Shown here one piece after another: positions 20,152 through 32,490 of a stretch of DNA of 64,000 bases. How positions within the stretch are numbered: position 1 is the stretch's first letter; each line of letters starts with the position of its first letter. Source of the DNA: Candidatus Omnitrophota bacterium (GTDB taxonomy: Bacteria; Omnitrophota; Omnitrophia; Omnitrophales; Aquincolibacteriaceae); the NCBI GenBank assembly GCA_030698625.1, contig JAUYMS010000048.1, forward strand, positions 218,404 to 282,403. Reading direction: 5' to 3'. The notes below the pieces were generated by a model, which made no database searches, was not told where the DNA came from, and was given only the letters and a program-made list of their open reading frames with translations. The position numbers and the translations under genes were made by a program.

Positions 20152-21042
20152 GTGAAATCTGTTCGCCGAATTTGGAATCGAATCGTCGAGTTTGTCATCG
20201 AGAAGGCCATTTTTCTCGCTGGCATTCTGTCAATTGTCTTTGTCGTTCTTATCTTTGTCTTCCTCTTGAAGGAAGGGCTTTCCCTCTTTAAGGAATACTC
20301 GCCGCTCGCCTTTCTGTTCGGAACCAAGTGGTATCCTATTTCACACCCGCCTAGTTTTGGCATCGTACCGCTCCTGCTCGGGTCGGTCGTGGTGACCCTC
20401 GGCTCAATTGTTATTGCAGTTCCGTTAGGAGTGGGGGCAGCGATTTATGTCGGCGAGGTGGCACCCGTCTGGCTCCGCGAAATTCTTAAAGCAACCGTTG
20501 AGTTCCTCGCGGCTATCCCGAGTATTGTCCTGGGCTTCATTGGTTTGGTGACGCTCGTTCCGTTGGTGAAGCAAGTTTTTCATTTGCAGACGGGGCTGAC
20601 GGCGATTTCGGGTTCGATCATGCTCGCTTTCATGGCCATGCCTACGATCGTCAGCATGATGGAAGATGCTTTGCGTGCCGTCCCAAGCAGTTATCGCTAT
20701 GGCGCGATTGCCCTTGGTGCGACGCGGTGGCAGACCATTTGGCGGGTGATGTTGCCGGCAGCCTCTTCAGGCATGTTGGCTGCTGTCATGTTGGGGATCG
20801 GGCGCGTGATCGGTGAAACCATGGCCGTGATGATGATCACCGGCAATGCCGCGGGCATTCCGACCAGTCTGATGCAGCCCGTGCGGACCATGACGGCCAC
20901 CATTGCCGCCGAGATGGGGGAAGCCGTTCAGGGCAGCGACCACTATTTCTCACTTTTCGCGATAGGTATTGTACTGTTTATTATCACGTTTGCGATTAAT
21001 CTGACGGCCGCCTTCTTCATTAATCGCAGGAGCAAGGCATGA
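20152..21042 (+). CDS. pstC: phosphate ABC transporter permease
   Basis: A PstC-like permease with six transmembrane helices and the EAA-like loop. The GTG start is placed just after the pstS stop; the ORF track extends it upstream into pstS. Confidence 0.8.
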   Translation: MKSVRRIWNRIVEFVIEKAIFLAGILSIVFVVLIFVFLLKEGLSLFKEYSPLAFLFGTKWYPISHPPSFGIVPLLLGSVVVTLGSIVIAVPLGVGAAIYVGEVAPVWLREILKATVEFLAAIPSIVLGFIGLVTLVPLVKQVFHLQTGLTAISGSIMLAFMAMPTIVSMMEDALRAVPSSYRYGAIALGATRWQTIWRVMLPAASSGMLAAVMLGIGRVIGETMAVMMITGNAAGIPTSLMQPVRTMTATIAAEMGEAVQGSDHYFSLFAIGIVLFIITFAINLTAAFFINRRSKA

Positions 21043-21890
21043 AGTTAGACGCAAGGCTTACTGAAAAGGTCGTGTTTTTTCTCTTGCTGCTGGCCACTCT
21101 GGTCATTGTTGTCCCGGTTTTCCTTATCGCGGGTCTTATCGTGAAGAATGGCTTCGCGGCTTTGAGTTGGGAGTTTTTGACACAGAGCCCCAGATTGGGA
21201 ATGCGCGCCGGGGGTATTTTTCCCGCTATTGTCGGAACGATGTATCTGGTGTTTGGTACGGCTGTCTTTGCTCTTCCTGCAGGGATCTTTGCGGCTGTGT
21301 ATCTGTGTGAATATGCCAAGGAAAGTCGGCTGACGCGGATCATTGACGTCGCCATTGTAAATCTTGCCGGTGTGCCGTCGGTTGTTTATGGACTCTTTGG
21401 GCTGGGTCTTTTCGTTGTTTTCTTGAAGTTCGGAACCTCTATTCTTTCCGGTTCGCTGACGCTGGCGATCATGAGCCTGCCGGTCATTGTTACGGCCTCA
21501 CGGGAGGCTCTCAATTCCGTACCACAGTCTTTTCGAGAGGTCAGTCTGGCGCTCGGCGCCACTCGTTGGCAAACGATAAGCCGGGTCGTTTTGCCGAATG
21601 CACTGCCGGGAATCATTACGGGGGCAATTCTGGCCATCAGTCGCGCGGCGGGGGAGACGGCGCCGATTCTTTTTACGGTAGCAGCGTTTTATTTACCGCG
21701 TCTGCCGCAGACTCTTTTTGATCAATGTATGGCGCTGCCCTACCACCTTTACGTCATCTCAACACAAGTCCCGAATCTTAAGCCGCATATACAGTATGGA
21801 ACGACGTTGGTCCTTATCCTTATGATCTTAATCATGAACCTTACGGCTGTGTTTATCCGGGCCCATTTCCGCAAGAAAAAGCAATGGTAG
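21039..21890 (+). CDS. pstA: phosphate ABC transporter permease
   Basis: A PstA-like permease that overlaps pstC by 4 nt. Confidence 0.85.
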   Translation: MKLDARLTEKVVFFLLLLATLVIVVPVFLIAGLIVKNGFAALSWEFLTQSPRLGMRAGGIFPAIVGTMYLVFGTAVFALPAGIFAAVYLCEYAKESRLTRIIDVAIVNLAGVPSVVYGLFGLGLFVVFLKFGTSILSGSLTLAIMSLPVIVTASREALNSVPQSFREVSLALGATRWQTISRVVLPNALPGIITGAILAISRAAGETAPILFTVAAFYLPRLPQTLFDQCMALPYHLYVISTQVPNLKPHIQYGTTLVLILMILIMNLTAVFIRAHFRKKKQW

Positions 21891-22651
21891 ACGAAACATC
21901 CAAAGACAAGCTTGTTGTGAAAGATCTGAACGTCAGATACGGCACCAAAGAGGTGCTGCGGCAGATCAGTTTTGCCGTTCGCTCTAATGAGATTTTGGGA
22001 ATCATTGGGCCTGCTAACAGCGGCAAGACTTCACTTCTGCGAACGCTTAATCGCCTAAATGATAATGACGCGGCGTTCAGTATGAGTGGGACAGTCACGC
22101 TAGACGGTCAAGATATTTACAAGAAGATGGCCCCGCATACTTTACGGCGGAAGATGGGAATCATCTTTGCGCTTCCTACTCCGTTACCGCTTTCGATCTA
22201 TGAAAACATTGCCTATGGTCCTAAACTACACGGGACGCGCAACAAGACTGCTCTCAATGAGATCATAGAGCGAACATTGCGCGCGTCATTTTTGTGGGAT
22301 GAAGTGAAGGATCGCTTAGACATGCCTGCGATGAAACTTTCAGGCGGACAACAGCAGCGGCTTTGCATCGCAAGGACACTCGCCGTCGAACCCGAAATTA
22401 TTCTTTATGACGAACCATGCTCCGGATTGGATCCGATTTCAACGGCAAAGGTTGAAGAGGCAATGACGTTGTTGACGAAGCAATTTACGCAGATTCTTGT
22501 TACCAATAACACCAAACAGGCGGCACGCGTTAGTGACCGAACCGCTTTTTTCCTGACGGGCGAGCTCGTTGAAATCGACGAGACCCAAAGGATTTTTACC
22601 GTTCCGTGCGACCAGCGGACAGAGGATTATGTCTCCGGCAGATTCGGTTGA
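21884..22651 (+). CDS. pstB: phosphate ABC transporter ATP-binding protein (copy 1)
   Basis: Walker A motif [12 protein letters not shown] signature LSGGQQQRL and Walker B motif ILYDEP. A PstB-type C-terminus is present. Confidence 0.9.
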   Translation: MVDETSKDKLVVKDLNVRYGTKEVLRQISFAVRSNEILGIIGPANSGKTSLLRTLNRLNDNDAAFSMSGTVTLDGQDIYKKMAPHTLRRKMGIIFALPTPLPLSIYENIAYGPKLHGTRNKTALNEIIERTLRASFLWDEVKDRLDMPAMKLSGGQQQRLCIARTLAVEPEIILYDEPCSGLDPISTAKVEEAMTLLTKQFTQILVTNNTKQAARVSDRTAFFLTGELVEIDETQRIFTVPCDQRTEDYVSGRFG

Positions 22652-23405
22652 TCAGCCCATTATTCGCGTCGAAGACTTCGACCTTTTCTATGGCGGTTTT
22701 CAAGCCTTGCTCAAGGTTAATATGTCTATTCGGCCCAGGCAGGTGACGGCGATTATCGGCCCGTCCGGATGCGGCAAATCTACGCTCTTGAGATCTATTA
22801 ACCGTATGAATGATCTTGCCGGTGAGGTGACGACGCGAGGCCAGATTATTATCGACAAACAGCCGATTTACGGCAAAGGCATCAATATGGTCGATTTAAG
22901 AAAACGTGTCGGCATGGTTTTTCAGCGCCCGAATCCGTTTCCTTTGTCAATCTTTGAGAACGTGGCATTCGGACCGCGCCTTCATTTAGGGCTGTCCAAG
23001 ACGGCTCTTCGGGAGGTTGTGGAGAAAAGTCTGACAGGTGTCGGACTTTGGGAAGAGATGAAAGACCGGCTGTATGCTCCGGCCCTTTCGTTGACGGGAG
23101 AAGAGCAGCAGCGCCTCTGCATTGCCCGTCTTATTGCGGTGAGTCCGGAGGTCCTGCTTATGGATGAACCCTGTTCGGCGCTGGATCCGATTGCTACGGA
23201 TCATATAGAAGAGTTGATTCGCGAACTCAAATCGCAATATACTATTGTCATCGTGACACACAACATGGCCCAAGCGGCGCGCGTGAGTGATGAAACGGCC
23301 TATTTCTATCTCGGCGAACTCATCGAGATGGGCCAGACCGAAAAAATCTTCACACGGCCTCAGAAGCGCGCGACAGAAGATTACATCACGGGTCGCTTTG
23401 GGTAA
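22629..23405 (+). CDS. pstB: phosphate ABC transporter ATP-binding protein (copy 2)
   Basis: Walker A motif GPSGCGKST. It ends ...[10 protein letters not shown], like copy 1, so this is a tandem paralogue. The start is placed at an internal ATG. Confidence 0.85.
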   Translation: MSPADSVDQPIIRVEDFDLFYGGFQALLKVNMSIRPRQVTAIIGPSGCGKSTLLRSINRMNDLAGEVTTRGQIIIDKQPIYGKGINMVDLRKRVGMVFQRPNPFPLSIFENVAFGPRLHLGLSKTALREVVEKSLTGVGLWEEMKDRLYAPALSLTGEEQQRLCIARLIAVSPEVLLMDEPCSALDPIATDHIEELIRELKSQYTIVIVTHNMAQAARVSDETAYFYLGELIEMGQTEKIFTRPQKRATEDYITGRFG

Positions 23406-23419
23406 GTCGAGGAACTACA

Positions 23420-24085
23420 ATGAAACGTCATTTAGATCAAGAATTAAAGAAACTTAAGGAAAAGCTTTTTCGCATGGGCTTGCTGGTTCGGGAGGCTATT
23501 GACGAAGCCACGGCGGCGCTCTTTCAGAGAGACGCGGAGAAGGCCCGCCAAGTGATCAAGAAAGATCAGGAGATCAATCTCTGCGAAATCGAGATTGACG
23601 AGTTCGGTCATGAGTTGATCGCGCTTTATCAGCCGGCAGCCGTGGATCTGCGGCTGATTACGATGACCCTTAAAATCACTAACGACTTGGAGCGTATCGG
23701 AGACCAGGCCGTCAACCTGGCAGAAATTGCCCTCGTGGCGCGCGCGTGGCCGCTCAAGCCGTATGAAAATCTTGTCAAAATGGCAGAGCTCACGGTTAAA
23801 ATGATGCGGGATGCCCTGGACGCTTTCATGCAGCAAGACCATCGTAAGGCAAAGGATATTCTGGAGGGAGACGATGCCATCGATCACCTCAATGACGAGG
23901 TGTTTGAGCAGGTTCAAAACAGCCTCGAAAAGGAGCCTGAGAATATTCGTGCAGGCGTCAGTCTTATGCTGGCGTCACACAACTTGGAGCGCATCGCTGA
24001 CCTCGCCACGAATATTGCTGAAGATGTGATCTATCTGAAGCGAGGCGTGGATATCCGCCACCATATTCGACAGCGCCGCGAATAG
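23420..24085 (+). CDS. phoU: phosphate-specific transport system regulator PhoU
   Basis: A 221-aa protein with two PhoU repeats; DLERIGD and NLERIAD are the conserved repeat motifs. Confidence 0.9.
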   Translation: MKRHLDQELKKLKEKLFRMGLLVREAIDEATAALFQRDAEKARQVIKKDQEINLCEIEIDEFGHELIALYQPAAVDLRLITMTLKITNDLERIGDQAVNLAEIALVARAWPLKPYENLVKMAELTVKMMRDALDAFMQQDHRKAKDILEGDDAIDHLNDEVFEQVQNSLEKEPENIRAGVSLMLASHNLERIADLATNIAEDVIYLKRGVDIRHHIRQRRE

Positions 24086-24086
24086 T

Positions 24087-25415
24087 ATGAAAATCGTCAT
24101 GATCGGTATTGGGGAAATAGGTTACTACTTGGCGCAGGTGTTACTCAGCGAGGCGCACGAAGTCGTTTTGGTCGAGAAAGACGATGCCGTCTACCGCAAC
24201 GCGCAGGAGCATCTGGACGCAAAGATCGTCAAAGGCGACGGCTCTAATGCATTGCTGCTCGAACCCCTCATTGATGAAAAAACGGATCTCTTTGTCGCTG
24301 TTACCGACAGCGATGCTGTTAATATCATTTCGGTCCTCATCGCCCGCAAGTTTGGAGCTAAAAGGGCAATTGCGCGCATTTATGATCCCACCAATCTTAT
24401 CCACCCGCTCCTGACCGACGATCCTAAAGTGTCTGTCATCAATGCGGAAATGATTGTCGCTCGCGATCTGGCTCGCCTTGTCGGGAATCCCTCCGCCGAA
24501 GAAGTGGAAGTTTTCGCTCAAGGCAAGGCCGAAATGGTCAAATTCCAAATCGGTGAAGAAGCGAAAGTGTTAAACCAGAAACTCAGTGAAATCAAAATTC
24601 CTTCCGCGTGGATTTTTATTGCCCGGATTCGGGGAGGCGAATTTCAGATTGTTTCCGGTGAAACATCCTTCCAAGCGGGGGATCAGGTGATCCTGATGGG
24701 AGATCCGCACAAGCGCAAGGAGATCGAAGCGCTTCTGGGGTTACATCAGGAAAAAGTAAAACGGGTCATCTTGATCGGGTTTAACGCTATCTCTTCAAAA
24801 CTCGCGGTTACGCTGCGCAGCCGCGATATCGATGTTCGCTTCATTGAGGCGAATAAGGAAATCGCGGAACGGGCATCGGCGGAAATGGACGGTATCCTGG
24901 TTTTTCAAGGGGACGCAACCAGTGACGAGATTTTGGAACAAGCCGGGCTGGATGAATCCGTGAATGTGTTGGCTCTCTCCAACGATGACGAAACCAACAT
25001 CCTAATCTCGCTTCTCGCAAAGGAAAAGAAGGTTCGGCGCGTGGTGGCCCTGGCACAAAAGCCGCAATACAAACCGATTATTGAAAAAATCGGTATTGAC
25101 GCGGTTGTCAATCCGCGTTCCGCGATGGTTGATGAAATGATTAGATGTATCCATCACGAAGATCTCTCCGGAATCAGTATTCTCGAAGGAGGGATGGGTC
25201 GGATGATCGAATTCGTTGTGAAGGAAAAGACCAAGTTTGTGGACACCGCGCTTTCCCAGCTAAAATGGCCGAAGGGTATTTTGGTTGGTGCGATTGTACG
25301 CGGCGATCAGTTGATTATACCGAGAGGTGACGACCGCATCCATATCGGCGACCATCTCTTAATCTTTACGACTCGCTCAGCCCTCTCCCACGTCAAACGC
25401 CTTTTCGCGAATTAG
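24087..25415 (+). CDS. trkA: Trk potassium-uptake NAD-binding subunit
   Basis: A 442-aa protein with two Rossmann TrkA-N domains (IMIGIGEIGYYLA and ILIGFNAIS), each followed by a TrkA-C domain. Confidence 0.88.
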   Translation: MKIVMIGIGEIGYYLAQVLLSEAHEVVLVEKDDAVYRNAQEHLDAKIVKGDGSNALLLEPLIDEKTDLFVAVTDSDAVNIISVLIARKFGAKRAIARIYDPTNLIHPLLTDDPKVSVINAEMIVARDLARLVGNPSAEEVEVFAQGKAEMVKFQIGEEAKVLNQKLSEIKIPSAWIFIARIRGGEFQIVSGETSFQAGDQVILMGDPHKRKEIEALLGLHQEKVKRVILIGFNAISSKLAVTLRSRDIDVRFIEANKEIAERASAEMDGILVFQGDATSDEILEQAGLDESVNVLALSNDDETNILISLLAKEKKVRRVVALAQKPQYKPIIEKIGIDAVVNPRSAMVDEMIRCIHHEDLSGISILEGGMGRMIEFVVKEKTKFVDTALSQLKWPKGILVGAIVRGDQLIIPRGDDRIHIGDHLLIFTTRSALSHVKRLFAN

Positions 25416-25417
25416 GC

Positions 25418-26866
25418 ATGAATTTCGCCGCCATATTCTATCTTCTCGGCAAGCTGCTTATGATCATGGGTGCGCTTGTCCTGCTGCCTGCAGGAGTGGC
25501 TTGGTATTACGGTGAGTTGGTACCGCTTCAGCATTTTGTCATGACGGCTGCCGTGGCGGGGTTCCTAGGACTTTTCGCGATGATTCTTTGCCGCGGGTCC
25601 AGAGATGAAAGTTTGCGGGTGCGCGATGGTTTTCTGCTCGTAACACTTGCCTGGGTCCTTGTGTCACTTATCGGGGCCATTCCTTTTTTTCAATCCGAGC
25701 ACTTTCCTCTATTCATCGACGCGCTGTTCGAAGCCACTTCGGGTTTCACGACGACCGGGGCGAGTGTGCTCTCTGACGTTGAGGTCCTGTCACGGAGCCT
25801 CTTGTTCTGGCGGAGTTTCACCCACTGGATCGGGGGTATGGGGATCATTGTCCTGGTCATTGCCATCCTGCCGCAGCTTTCCGTCGGCGGCATGCAGCTC
25901 ATCAAGAACGAAATGCCGGGCCCGACGTTTGAACAGCTGAAGCCGCGCATTCAGCAGACGGCACTTAGCTTGTGGAGAATCTATCTCCTTTTTTCAATCG
26001 CGGAAATTATCTGCCTCTGGGTGGCCGGAATGTCTTTTTTCGACAGTGTCTGCCACATGTTCGGAACGATGGGCACCGGAGGTTTCTCGACGCGCAATGC
26101 GAGCATCGGGGCGTATTCGACGACCATACAAATGATCATTACGTTTTTTATGTTTCTCGCAGGCACTAATTTTGTGCTTCACTATACGAACCTGACGGGT
26201 AACCTCAAGAAGATGTTCCTGGATGCAGAGTGGCGTTTTTATGTCTCCCTGCTTGTCGTTTTTGCCGCGGTTATCTGCGTCGATCTTACTGTGCAGGGGA
26301 ATCTGCCTGTCTTGGAGTCGCTCAGGTTTTCGATTTTTCAGGTTACCTCAATCACTACGACGACGGGTTATGCCACCACGGATTTTGATACTTGGCCGTA
26401 TCTTTCCAAAGGAGTTCTGTTTCTCCTCATGTTTGTGGGCGGTTGTGCGGGATCGACGAGCGGTGGGTTGAAGCAGATGCGATTACTTCTGTTGTTTAAG
26501 AGAGCGAAACAATCCATCGTACAGCACATTTTTCCGAAGGCCGTTGTCACCGTCAAAGTGAATCAAAGGGCAGTTCCGGAAAGCGTTCTTTACGGTGTCA
26601 GTAGCTTTTTCCTGATTTACATCGTGATCTTTTCTTTTTGTACCCTCCCGCTGCTGGCTTTCAATATCGACTTTATTACAGCGACATCCGCAGTGGTGGC
26701 CTGCCTGAGCAATATCGGACCGGGTTTTGGCCTTGTGGGCGCTACCCAGAACTATGCCTTCTTCCCCTGGCTTATCAAGCTGCTCCTCTGTGCCTGCATG
26801 ATTATCGGACGCCTTGAAATATTCACCGTATTGGTCCTATTTTTTCCCGCAACATGGCGTAAATAA
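25418..26866 (+). CDS. trkH: Trk potassium-uptake membrane subunit
   Basis: A 482-aa polytopic protein with TTTG/TTG-type selectivity-like repeats (GFTTTGASV, ITTTTGYAT and GSTSGGLK). Confidence 0.88.
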   Translation: MNFAAIFYLLGKLLMIMGALVLLPAGVAWYYGELVPLQHFVMTAAVAGFLGLFAMILCRGSRDESLRVRDGFLLVTLAWVLVSLIGAIPFFQSEHFPLFIDALFEATSGFTTTGASVLSDVEVLSRSLLFWRSFTHWIGGMGIIVLVIAILPQLSVGGMQLIKNEMPGPTFEQLKPRIQQTALSLWRIYLLFSIAEIICLWVAGMSFFDSVCHMFGTMGTGGFSTRNASIGAYSTTIQMIITFFMFLAGTNFVLHYTNLTGNLKKMFLDAEWRFYVSLLVVFAAVICVDLTVQGNLPVLESLRFSIFQVTSITTTTGYATTDFDTWPYLSKGVLFLLMFVGGCAGSTSGGLKQMRLLLLFKRAKQSIVQHIFPKAVVTVKVNQRAVPESVLYGVSSFFLIYIVIFSFCTLPLLAFNIDFITATSAVVACLSNIGPGFGLVGATQNYAFFPWLIKLLLCACMIIGRLEIFTVLVLFFPATWRK

Positions 26867-26879
26867 AAGACTTACGCTG

Positions 26880-29342
<2,463 letters not shown>

Positions 29343-29346
<4 letters not shown>

Positions 29347-30404
29347 TCCCCCGCAAGAAAACACGCCAGGTGACCATCGGGGGTGTTAGCGTGGGGGGCG
29401 ATGCCCCGGTGCGCATTCAGTCGATGACAACGACGCACACACGCGACGTCGAGGCTACCGTCGATCAGATCCAGCAGCTTGCCGAACTCGGATGTGAGCT
29501 CGTGCGTGTGGCATGTCCCACCGAGGAAGACGCCCGCGCGCTCGGTCAAATCAAATCAAGAATCAAAATCCCCCTTATTGCGGATATCCATTTTAATTAT
29601 CGTCTTGCCCTCATTGCCTTGGACGAAGGCATTGATAAATTGCGCCTGAATCCCGGTAATATCGGTAAGAAGGAGCGAGTCGTGGAAGTGGTTGAAAAAG
29701 CCAAGTCGCGAGCCGTGCCGATTCGCATCGGCGTCAACGGAGGTTCGCTTGAAAAAGACCTCATGGAGAAATACGGTCCGACTGCCGAGGCGTTGGTTGA
29801 AAGTGCCCGCCGTCACGTTGCGATTCTCGAAGAACTGAATTTTGAGGACATTATCATATCCCTCAAGGCTTCGGATGTTCCGACGATGATCGCCGCCTAT
29901 CGGCTTGCCAGTGAGACTTTTCCTTACCCGCTGCATCTCGGGGTCACGGAGGCAGGCACGTTGCTTCGCGGCAGCATTTATAGTGCCATCGGAATCGGTA
30001 CTTTGCTGCAGGAAGGTATCGGCGACACGATTCGCGTGTCGCTAACGGCGGAGTCCGTTGAAGAAATCAAAGTTGCCAAGATGATTCTCGAGGCACTCGA
30101 ATTGAGACGCGGAGTGCGCGTCATTTCCTGTCCGAGTTGCGGCCGCGCGGAAGTGGATGTTTTCAAGCTTGCCGAAGAGATTGAGGGTCGGGCCATGAAG
30201 CTCAAGGAACCGATGACCATTTCCGTTCTGGGCTGTGTCGTGAACGGGCCGGGAGAAGCTCACGAGTCTGATTTTGGAGTTACCGGCGGTAAAGAGAAAG
30301 GTATGATCTATGTCGACGGAAAGCAACATCGGGTCGTTGATGAAGACAAACTGGTCGATAGTTTATTTGAAGAGATTAAGAACAAGAGGCCGTCCGCAGT
30401 ATGA
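29343..30404 (+). CDS. ispG: 4-hydroxy-3-methylbut-2-enyl diphosphate synthase (flavodoxin-type)
   Basis: An IspG/GcpE TIM-barrel N-terminus (VRIQSMT...) and a C-terminal cysteine cluster, CPSCGR...GCVVNGPGE. Confidence 0.92.
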
Positions 30405-31495
30405 GCAGTTATTTATCGTCCGGGCCCTTTGCCGACATTTGCGAAAAGGTGCAGGCCGGCGAGCGATTGAGTTTTGATGACGGCCTCAGGCTTTATCGTT
30501 CCAATGACCTCCCCGCATTGGGCACGCTTGCCCAGATCGTTCGTACGCGATTGAATGATAAGCGCGTTTACTTTTCGATTAATCTTCATATTAACCATAC
30601 CAACATCTGTACGGAGCGGTGTCTTTTTTGCGCCTTTGCGCGGAGGCCCGGCGAAGAGGGGGGCTATACCTTTTCCGCTGATGAAATTCAGGATACCGTC
30701 AGGCGGGGGCTTGCAAAATGGCAGATCAATGAAGTCCATATTGTGGGCGGGCATAATCCCGATCTTGGGATGGATTATTACCTGAGGATGATAAGTTTGA
30801 TTCGAGAAGTCAGCCCGTCGCTTTATATCAAGGCACTCACGGCACCCGAGATCAACGATATCTCAAAGCGTTCAGGACTGAGTCCCCGTGAAGTCTTGAC
30901 CGAGCTCAAAGACGCGGGGCTCGATGGCATGCCGGGCGGAGGTGCTGAAATCTTTCATCCGAAAACGCGGAAAAAAATATGTGCCGATAAGATTTCAGCC
31001 GACGTCTGGCTTGAAATTCACGCTATTGCCCACTCCCTAGGTTTACGCACAAACGCCACCATGCTTTACGGTCACATCGAAAGCGATGACGACCGTGTGG
31101 ATCATGTCCTGCGTTTGCGCCAGCTCCAGGATGAGACACGAGGGTTGTACTCTTTCATTCCTTTGGCCTACAATGCCGAAAACACGCCAATGGGCAAGAT
31201 CGGAGAGGCCGGAGGGTATCTCGATTTGAAGGTTTATGCGGTTTCGAGATTGTTGCTCGACAATGTCCCCCACATTAAGGCGCATTGGATCACGACGGGG
31301 CTTAAGTTGGGGCAGATAGCGCTATCTTTCGGAATTGATGATCTTGGGGGAACCAACCTGAACGAAAAGATCGTTCATGATGCCGGTTCCGAGACGCCTG
31401 TTGATTTGAGCCGTGAGGAGATGGAACATCTTATTCGCTCGGCGGGTTACGAACCTTGCCTGGTGGATAGTTCCTATCAGACCGTCGATGCCTAA
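30401..31495 (+). CDS. radical SAM enzyme of the MqnC/MqnE (futalosine menaquinone pathway)/CofH family
   Basis: Has the CTERCLFCAF radical SAM motif (CxxxCxxCAF). The length of 364 aa and the overall sequence fit the MqnE/MqnC family. Which member it is cannot be resolved by eye. Confidence 0.65.
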   Translation: MSSYLSSGPFADICEKVQAGERLSFDDGLRLYRSNDLPALGTLAQIVRTRLNDKRVYFSINLHINHTNICTERCLFCAFARRPGEEGGYTFSADEIQDTVRRGLAKWQINEVHIVGGHNPDLGMDYYLRMISLIREVSPSLYIKALTAPEINDISKRSGLSPREVLTELKDAGLDGMPGGGAEIFHPKTRKKICADKISADVWLEIHAIAHSLGLRTNATMLYGHIESDDDRVDHVLRLRQLQDETRGLYSFIPLAYNAENTPMGKIGEAGGYLDLKVYAVSRLLLDNVPHIKAHWITTGLKLGQIALSFGIDDLGGTNLNEKIVHDAGSETPVDLSREEMEHLIRSAGYEPCLVDSSYQTVDA

Positions 31496-32396
31496 ATTTA
31501 AAACGAACGAAAGCAACCTCGTTAAAATAGCCGTTCAGGGCCGCATTGCAAACGCCGCTCAATACGAGGCGTTTGAACTCTCGCATGACGGGCGGCCGTT
31601 TGCATGCCCGACGGTGGGGGGTATTGTCTACAACGTGAAAACCGGAGACAATACATTTGATTTAGCGGGCGATCATATCGAGCCCGGTGTTTCGGCGGTT
31701 TTGGATGAGAATAAGCGAAATTCCCGCGCTAACATGGGCTTTAATTTTCTGTCTTGCGTGGGCAATAGTGCGCGTATTACCAACGGTGCCGCAAAGGGTG
31801 CGCGTGGCGTGGTGACCGGTCACCACGGAGGCGTTGAACACGTAACGATTGATTTTGATCAGGCAACATTGAATAAGATGGACTTGGATTCTCGTGTACT
31901 CATTGAAGCTTATGGCCAGGGTTTGAAGTTGTCGGATTTTCCGGATGTCAAGGTTTACAGCCTGGATCCGGCCTTGCTCAAAAAGTTGCCGATCCGGGGT
32001 GCGCGCGGAGGCAAGCTTGAAATCGGAGTTACTACGATCGTTCCTGCTGAGCTCATGGGATCCGGAATGGGGCACAACAATATCGGTACAGGGGATTGTG
32101 ACATCATGACGCATGACGCTGATACGGTTCGCCGCCTGAAGCTCGATCAAATCTGCCTGGGCGATTTTGTTGCCGTGATGGATCATGATCATTCCTACGG
32201 CCGCACCTTTCGAAAGGGCGCAGTGACGGTGGGTGTCATTATTCACTCCAACAGCGAATTGGCGGGTCACGGGCCCGGCCTGACCACACTCTTCACTTCT
32301 TCTAAAGGAGCTATACGCCCCGTTTTGAATCCTAAAGCCAATCTGGCCCGTATTTTGGGCATTGGCCGCTACCGTCAGAAGGGCCGCCGGGGCTGA
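31488..32396 (+). CDS. conserved hypothetical protein (possibly DUF4438-like), translationally coupled to the upstream radical SAM gene
   Basis: The ATG at 31488 overlaps the upstream stop by 8 nt. The protein is about 302 aa, Gly/His-rich (GHHGGVEH, GSGMGHNNIGTGDCD) and has no recognisable catalytic motif. Confidence 0.5.
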   Translation: MPKFKTNESNLVKIAVQGRIANAAQYEAFELSHDGRPFACPTVGGIVYNVKTGDNTFDLAGDHIEPGVSAVLDENKRNSRANMGFNFLSCVGNSARITNGAAKGARGVVTGHHGGVEHVTIDFDQATLNKMDLDSRVLIEAYGQGLKLSDFPDVKVYSLDPALLKKLPIRGARGGKLEIGVTTIVPAELMGSGMGHNNIGTGDCDIMTHDADTVRRLKLDQICLGDFVAVMDHDHSYGRTFRKGAVTVGVIIHSNSELAGHGPGLTTLFTSSKGAIRPVLNPKANLARILGIGRYRQKGRRG

Positions 32397-32490
32397 AAAG
32401 AGCAGCCTGCTTTGGCAGGGCGGCATTCCATCGTGTATAATAATCATCAGAACCACCACGCAACCACTTAACCAAACGGTATTACTTTCC

